DNA of 64,000 nucleotides from Zootoca vivipara (Eukaryota): NCBI RefSeq assembly GCF_963506605.1, contig NC_083276.1, positions 57,350,001 to 57,414,000 of the forward strand, read 5' to 3'. Shown piece by piece: positions 1 to 8,200 of this stretch (position 1 is its first letter; each line of letters starts with the position of its first letter). The notes under the pieces were generated by a model. It saw only the letters and a program-made list of their open reading frames with translations, ran no database searches and was not told where the DNA came from. The position numbers and the translations under genes were made by a program.

Positions 1-19
1 CAATTTAGTTGCCCTAGTG

Positions 20-157
20 CAGTGTTTCTCAACCAGTGTGCCTCCAGATGTTTTGGGACTACAACTCCCATCATTCCTGACCACTGGTCTTGCTAGCTAG
101 GGATGATGGGAGTTGTAGTCCCAAAACATCTGGAGGCACACTGGTTGAGAAACACTG
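20..157. mobile_element. hAT-type palindromic MITE
   Basis: CAGTG...CACTG long TIRs; perfect 8-bp TSD CCCTAGTG. Confidence 0.9.
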
Positions 158-483
158 CCCTAGTGAATACAGAGCTAGAGATGGGTGGAATTAGCACATT
201 GATTATGTTGTACCCAAGGATGCAGACAATGTGCTCAGGGGTGTAAGGTCTACTGTGTGCTCCTTTGACCTTAATAGTCCTTCCTGGATGGTGAAATCTG
301 CTAGAATTGGGCTGTCCATGTGGCTCACCAATGGTTGTGGGTGCCTCATTGAGAGCTGGAGTGACCAAGGCTTTCTCACATACTCTGAGATAGTTTTGTG
401 TGTTTTTTAAAACTAGCTCAGTATGTGATAAATAAAGCCTTTAAAACACACACACAAACAGGCTCTGCAGATGGTTCCAAAAT

Positions 484-489
484 TTTATT
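484..489 (-). terminator. Probable CTTN polyadenylation signal (AATAAA); 3'UTR ~2093->465
   Basis: tttatt on + strand about 1.6 kb after the stop, at the end of an AT-rich UTR-like stretch. Confidence 0.55.
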
Positions 490-2093
490 CGAATATTTAA
501 TTTACAAAAAAGGAAAAAAGGAATAATGTACCCTATGAGGTGTCCTATGCAAAACTTGGTAAGATTAACTGCATATAAAATCTGGCCCAACCCAATGTAA
601 TACTATTAATGCAATCAGGAGACAAATAGAAACCAGTGGGAAACAGGTAAAAGTCACATTCTTCTTAAAGATTGTCCCAACTAGTCAATTCCACCACCCC
701 CCATGATCCCACCCCCAAGGCCTTCTTCCTAGATACACTGTATGTACACTGCCATTTTACATAAATATTATTTTAATATTCCACTGGGCTTACCTATGAG
801 ACTTTTTCACTTTTTCTTGCTCAATCAGTTCCTCCCTGAATTCCTCCAGTCAAGTAGAAATGGACAGGACACACACACTGAACACGTCTTTGGTAGGGAT
901 GCTCATGTGATCAAAATTAGTGACTAACCCAATATTTGACTTGTCCCATTGAAGTAGTAGCAAGAACTTCAGCTTAACATTTGGCAAGAGGCAGACACAC
1001 TTTTACCGATTCGTGTTACTGGCAGTTTCAGCTGAACTTATAAAAAAGGTGGTAGTTTTCTACACATTGCTTAGTAGAGATTATCTGCTAGGTTTTAAGC
1101 TCCTCTTATTAACATTCCTTGAGTGAAATATGGTTGCATAACCAGCTTACTACACAGCCGGCCTTCTCCCGCTTCCAAATCATAAAAATCTAGTATGTAT
1201 GTACACACCTATTGCCTCATTTTAACCTTCAAGGCAGCAGTGTTATGAACTGCATGCAGTAGATGGATGTTATTTGCAAGACAATGACAACCGTCACTTC
1301 TTGGCAAGTCTCTCAGGACCAAAAATCTCACAGTGTTCTGGGCACGGGGAGAAGAAGCAAAACAGGGTTTTCTTTTGCCAATATATTGGGAGGCTTCCAC
1401 TGGAGGAGAACACAGACAACAAATGCTTATGGCAATGGCATCAACCCTCTTTTGGACTGAATGAATGGTGGCTGCACAAGGGAACTTTCCACTGGATTGC
1501 AGTCCTCAAGAAAATATTTTTTTAAATGTATCTGCACTGGATCCTTCCTATTATCAATGTAAAAAGGTTTTTCCTATGGAGTAATTAATTGCCATCAACT
1601 GCAACTCTCTCAGGTCCTTCTCCTATGTTCCCTATATATGGAAATGTGATCTATAAAGTTGCACGGCTAAGATCTGGGAAGCTGACAATGAGTAGCTGAG
1701 AGTACAAGAGGCTGGACATAATTACCGTACTTGGGAATTCAGCGCACAAACAGCTACAAAATGAGACATGCAGTTGCCGTCAGAAAGAGCTAAAAATGCC
1801 TTGGAGACTGTTGTGAACACCATCACCAATTTGGCCAAAAGGAAAAGTCCCCATTTTCAAACCGCATTAAAAACCTATGATAACAGGCTGAAGTGGGGAA
1901 TGCGAGGGTTACAATATATTAAGCGATTTCTGAGCCCATAAACATTTGTAAAAGCATCGGCAAAATATCTTAAATATAAAAGGAATATGTATAGACCCCC
2001 TCCATCCTCCGGAAGAAAAAGAACATGATTTGTAGTGTAATAAATCAGACGAATGATCACGGTATTAAGGCATAAATGGTAGGACATTATTTC

Positions 2094-2230
2094 CTATTGC
2101 CTCAGCTCGACATAATTAGCTGGGAAGAGCCCGTATCTGCCTTTGCACACTCCCCTCCACCAACCATCATCGATCATTTCAATGTTTGTGATGATGTCGT
2201 CAGGATCAAAGGAAATTTCATCATCACCAG
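2094..2230 (-). CDS. CTTN: CTTN last coding exon ([44 protein letters not shown])
   Basis: SH3 C-terminal part; TAG at 2094-2096. Confidence 0.96.
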
Positions 2231-5200
2231 CTGTGGAAAGAGCAGAAGCAACTCTCAAGTTATACAGATATAAAAGGGGGAGAACAGCTAAGGTACTAAA
2301 TAATAGTTAATTATGTTAATCTGTGTTCAAGCAGGGTTCTCATTGATGGTTATAAAGAGGGAAAGGGTCTTTGGTGTTGCAGAGTATGGGTTACACCCAA
2401 GACATGGGAACACAGCTCTAGATTGCACCAGAGACCCCAAACTCCCATATGAAATACCTTAATTCTATGAGAAACATGTGATTCTTTTGCCTAGGTCAGG
2501 CTTCCTCAAACTCAGCCCTCCAGATGTTTTGAGACTACAGTTCCCATCATCCCTGACCACTGGTCCTGCTAGCTAGGGATCATGGTGGTTGTAGGCCAAA
2601 CACATCTGGAGGGCAGAGTTTGAGGAAGCCTGGCTGTCACAGTGGCCGGAGTGGACTACTTCAGAGTAACGACGCTACGCAGCTCTGCATTTTATTCTTT
2701 TATTGGTGCTGCGTATTTACAGTGCTCAAGTCATTGCTATTTACACGGAGCGATGTTGTCAGTCGGTTTCAGAACCTCCTAATGGCTTTTGGCGCGTCTT
2801 TCTCCAACACAAAAGCTTTGGCAGACCCATCCTCTTGCCCCTCCTCTTCCTGCGTAATTCTGGAGTTGGAGGGATGGGTCTTCCCCCCTTGCTTGCCCCT
2901 TCCTGTCCCACCTGGGACCCTGGCTCCTCTACCTTGCCTGAGCCTCGGACACGACTTCCTGCTTCCCCACTGGAATCGGAACTCTCCCTGCTTTCCCCTT
3001 TGCTCGGGGACGGGCTTGAACTCAGGAGGGGAGGGACTTCGCGATATCCCCTGTCCCTCACATCCACCCCCCTCCCAAGCTCTCCTTCACCCCTCCCCAG
3101 GCCCCCCCCATGTGTCGGTGACGACTGGAAGCCTAAGAACTCAGTGCTCTCCGAGCCCGTTGGTGTGAATACCTCCCCCCAGTCCTGCGAGCCCCCCCCT
3201 TCCGCCTGGGCTGACGGGAATCCCAAAAAGTCCGTGGCGTCAGAGCTGGTGGGGGTAAAAACGTTCTGCCAATCTGCTCCTTCCTCTGACTGGGTGGATC
3301 TCGGTGACACCCATACCTCATCCTCTGGTTCCTCAAACTCCGCTTCCCAGCGCCATGGTGAGCTGCTCTCCCGTGCCTCCTCCTCCTCCCCCTCCCTTTC
3401 CATGTGCCAGGGCTTGGGTCTGTGGGGAAAGAGGGCGTGAAATTCTTCCACCAAGAATTCCTCCTGTATCTGAGTGGCTGGGACCCATTCATTCTGGGAC
3501 GGTGGAGCATCCTCCCATGCCATGAGGTACTCCAGTCCCCCCACCCCCCACCTTGAATCCAGGATGGCCGTGGCCTCATTGAGTTGCTCCCTGCCTTCCC
3601 TCTCCCCCCCTCCCTCGGGGGTTTGTTCGCTGTCTCGGAGCCTGCTGCTTTCCCTGTACGGCGACAGCAGCGATCTATGAAACACTGGATGCACCCTCAT
3701 GTCCTCTGGCAGTGCCAGCCTGTATGCCACCGGGTTTACCTGTTGCGTGACCGTGAAGGGGCCCAGCCTTTTGGGTGCCAGCTTTTTGCACCTCCCTCTG
3801 GTGGGAAGGCCCTCCGAGGACAACCACACCTTGTCCCCCACCCTGATGACCTCCCCTTGTCGCCTGTGGCGATCTGCCCCCTTTTTGTACGCTTCCTTGG
3901 CCCTCTCCAAGTGTTCTCTGAGCTGCTGGTGCACCGTCTCCAGTTCCTCTGCCCAATCCTCAGCCTGTGGGCCCTCCTCCTCCTCCTCCTCCCTCTCCCT
4001 CTCTGGGAAAGATCTGAGGTCGCGCCCGTAATTGGCCTTAAAGGGCGACACCCCTGTGGAGACGTGCACTGCATTGTTGTAGGCAAATTCTGCTAGTGGC
4101 AAGCGATCCACCCAGTCCGTTTGCCGCTGGCTGACGTAGCATCTCAGGTACTGCTGCAGAATGGCGTTGACCCTCTCCGCTTGTCCGTTGGTCTGCGGGT
4201 GTCTAGCCGTCGACAAGCTGACCTCCACCTGCAGGAGGTTCATGAGCCGCCGCCAGAACCTGGAAACAAATTGGCGGCCACGATCCGAAATAACCCTTAA
4301 AGGTAATCCATGCAGTCTGAAAATGTGATCAACAAACAGTTTGGCTGTCTCTTCTGCCGAGACTGCCCTGGCACACGGTATAAAGTGACACATTTTGGAC
4401 ATAAGGTCCACCACCACCAACACTGCAGTCTTACCCCTGGACGAAGGCAGATCTGTGATGAAGTCCATGGACACCACTTCCCACGGCCTGTGTGGTGTGG
4501 CTAAGGGCTCCAGCAACCCTGGTGGCGCTGCTCTGACCACCTTCGCCCGCTGGCAGGTGGTACAGCCCCTTACATAGTCTCGAACATCTTCCCGCACCCC
4601 TGGCCACCAGAAGTGTCTCATGACTAGGTGAGCGGTTTTGTCCCTTCCAAAATGCCCCGCTGTAGGGTTGTCGTGCATCTGCTTGAGGACCGTACGTCGA
4701 AGCTGGGTGGTGGGTAGGTACAGCGCACCCTTGTAGAAAAGCAGCCCTCTGCGTTCTGCAAAGTCTTTTGCCTGCTCCCTCCCCCCTCTCAGTTCTCTGA
4801 AGATGCGGTTGGCAAATTCATCCGCTGCCGTCAGTGCTGTGAGTTCTGCCTCGCTCACCACAGCTGCTCCGCAGGACCATGCCGACGGGGGGAAAATGTG
4901 CCTTGGGGCTGGTGGCGCCTCCTCCTCCATGTACTCTGGCTTGCGGGAGAGGGCATCCGCCCTGACATTCTGCTCCCCCGGGATGTAGTGGATGGAGAAG
5001 TTGAAGTTCGAGAAGAACTCTGCCCACCGTATCTGCCGCTGGTTGAGCACCCTGGCAGTTCTCCAGAACTCCAGGTTCTTGTGGTCTGTGCACACCTGGA
5101 TGGGGTGCTTCGCGCCCACCAGGAAGTGTCGCCAGTGCTGGAACGCAGCGTAGATCGCAAGAAGTTCCCTATCAAACACTGTGTAGTTGCGTTCAGGCTG

Positions 5201-8200
5201 TGTCAGCTTCCTGGAGAAGAAGGCACAGGGTCTCCACTCCCTGTTGGCGTCCAGTTGCAACAAAATTGCGCCCACAGCTTTTTCAGAAGCATCTGTCTCA
5301 ATGCGTAGGGGCGCGTCCTGCACCACATGGAACAGGTTTTGGTCTGAGGCGAACACTCTCTTGAGGCTTTCGAACGCTGCTTGCGCCTCTGGTGTCCACT
5401 TGAACTTCTGCTTGCCTCTCAGGCAGTCCGTGATGGGAGCCGTAACGCGAGAGAAGTTCTTGATGAACTTCCTGTAGAAGTTAGCGAAGCCTAGTAGGCG
5501 TTGGGCATCTTTGCGCGTCCTGGGGCTGTGCCAGTCCAGGATGGCCTGCACCTTGTCCTTGTCCATCGCCAGCCCCTTGTCTGACAGCTTGTAGCCCAGG
5601 AAGTCCACCTCCTTGGTGTGAAACTTGCACTTCTCCAGCTTCACATACAGGTGGTTCTCCTTCAGGCGTTGCAACACCTCTCTGACATCTTTCACATGCT
5701 GCACTGGGTCATTCGAGTAGATAAGGATGTCATCTAGGAAGACCAAGCATTTCCTGAAGAGGAGGGACCCCAGGACGTGGTGCATGAAGGCCTGGAAGCA
5801 TGCTGAGCCCCCTTGCAAACCGAAGGGCATCACCAGATATTCAAAAGAGCCCAGAGGCGTGAACATCGTGGTTTTCCATTCATCTCCTTCCCGGATCCTG
5901 ATCAAGTTGTACGCCCCCCTTAGGTCCAGCTTGGTGAAAATCTTGCCCCTGCGTGCCGCTGTCAGGAGATCATCCACTCTGGGCATGGGGAAAGCCACGG
6001 GCTCTGTCACCGAATTCAGCCGTCTAAAGTCCACCACAAGACGGCGCTGTTGCGTGTCTTTCTTGTCCACCCAGAAGACCGGGCTGCCCCCTGCTGCCTT
6101 GCTTTCCCTTATGAACCCCCGCTTGAGGTTCTTGTCGATGAAAGCGCGCAGATCCTCCAGCTCCTGGTCTGACATGGCGTACAGCTTGGCTGGGGGTATA
6201 GTTGCCCCTGGCACCAGGTTGATCTGGCAGTCAAAAGACCTGTGTGGGGGTAGGTGGTCGGACTCCGCTTCGCTGAAGACCTCCTGCAGGTCCCAGTACG
6301 GCTTGGGTATCGCCTCACCCCCTTTGACGTGCATGGTGGCCACCGTGGCTATCGGAGGCCCCTCCCCTGGTTGGTGCTGCATGCAATGTTCCAGGCAAAA
6401 GTCCGATCCAAAAGTGATGCATCTCTGATGCCAACTTATGGAGGGGTCGTGGCGCGCCAGCCAGCTCATGCCCAAGACGATGGGGGGGTCTGAGATGGTG
6501 GTGACGTTGAACGCCAGTGTCTCTGAGTGCCTTCCCACCGTCATTCTCATGGGGGGGGTTTGATGTGTGATGGCCCCTCCCAGCAGCTCCCTGCCGTCAA
6601 TGGTTGCTACGTGCAGAGGAAAATCCAACTGCAAAAGCTGGATTTGGTGCTCTTCTGCAAAGCTTCTCGAGAAGAAGTTGGCGGACGCCCCACTGTCAAT
6701 TAAGGCGAGGACCGTCAGGGGATAGCCATTTGGGAGCGTTAGCGTCACTTCTAGAACCACTCCTGCTCTGGGAGGGGTGGGCTGGCTCTGCACCTCTCTG
6801 TGCGGGTGGGCGGGCTGGGGCTGTTGTCTGCTGACTGTGCCTGGCTGCTGCCCCTTGTCTCCTGCAGCCAGGCTTTCCCGTTTCCCTGCTGTGGTGCTGC
6901 GTCAGTGGGGGAGGGCACCACCGTTCCCGCCTTTCCTTGCCACTCCCTGCGATGTGGGCAGTCTCTGACGAGATGCTGGGGTGAGTTGCAGAGAAAGCAA
7001 TTCCCGCCCCTTCCCTCCTTGCGTCTTGGCGCCGCTGGGGTTTGAAAAGCCCGCGCGCGCGCGCTATCAATCTGCATGGGCTCCTGGTCCTGGCTGGCTC
7101 CAGGCGTGGCCTGAAAGGGTTGTTGAGGGAGTGGCTTCTCCTGCGACCGTGGGAACCAAGCCCGCTTTGCGCGCGTCGCTTGCTTGTCGTTCCACCGGGA
7201 TTCCTGCCTCACCCCCACCGCCAGAGCTGCTTTGCTCAGCTGATCCATAGTACTGGGCTTTGGACCTCTCGAGAGTTCATCCTTCACCTCCTCGCTCAAA
7301 CCCAAGTAAAACGCAGCTTGCATGGGAGGCGAATCCAAAACCCACCCCAGTCTGTGCACCAGCATGGTGAATTTCGCCCAATATGCGCGAACTGTCATAT
7401 TTCCTTGGCGTAAATTATGCAGTTCCTCCTTAGTCTGGTCCAAATGACTATCGGACGAATACATCGTCCTCAAACCTTCTAGAAATTGTTGGACATTTTT
7501 CATGCAAGGATTCTTGGTTGCGATTAATGGTCTTAGCCACTCCCTGGCTGCTCCGGTGAGATGTTCCACAATAAACGCTACTCTGTGCTCATCATCGGGG
7601 AACTCATTCTGGTGCAGCTCAAGAGCATACACGATCTCAGTCTCAAAGCCCTGAAACTCCTTCGGGTCTCCATTGAACTTGCTTACAAGGGTCCCTGCTC
7701 TCCTTCCTGGCAGCACTTGGACTTGGGGAGCCCCTCCCGCCTTGTTTTTCTCTGCATCCAGCTTGTTTTGGAGGTCTACCGCCACCGCCCTTAAATGCTG
7801 CTCTTTTTCCTGGAGCTCTCTCACCTGTTCCGCAAGTTGTAGCCGGTCGTCCTGGACCTTCTTAGTCTCCTCTTTAGCTGCCTTCAATTCTCCCTGCGCC
7901 TGCAGCGACAGCTGTTGCAGTTCTAGCTGGGCTTGCTCAGCGATCTGCCGCCACTTCTCCTCCTCGGACACGCTCATCCCGGCAACTCCGAAGTAGCCCA
8001 AAAATGATTAGGAGGTTGCTGTCACAGTGGCCGGAGTGGACTACTTCAGAGTAACGACGCTACGCAGCTCTGCATTTTATTCTTTTATTGGTGCTGCGTA
8101 TTTACAGTGCTCAAGTCATTGCTATTTACACGGAGCGATGTTGTCAGTCGGTTTCAGAACCTCCTAATGGCTTTTGGCGCGTCTTTCTCCAACACAAAAG

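Noticed and set aside
2620-3440. Plus-strand ORFs 2620..3168 and 2703..3440 (and LTR copies 8088..8586) as an antisense gene starting in the LTR
   Set aside because: Non-ATG starts, low-complexity Pro/Ser content, and explained as shadows of the GC-rich pol tail; no recognisable domain.
5727-5744. RT motif FLDD instead of YxDD as a sign of inactivation
   Set aside because: F at this position is common in Ty3/Gypsy RTs and both catalytic [13 protein letters not shown] intact.
3304-7996. Many overlapping ORFs inside the retrotransposon (e.g. 5727..6428 +, 3133..3579 -), including a possible env
   Set aside because: Shadow frames of gag/pol; there is no room between pol and the LTR and no signal peptide or TM-bearing env-like ORF.
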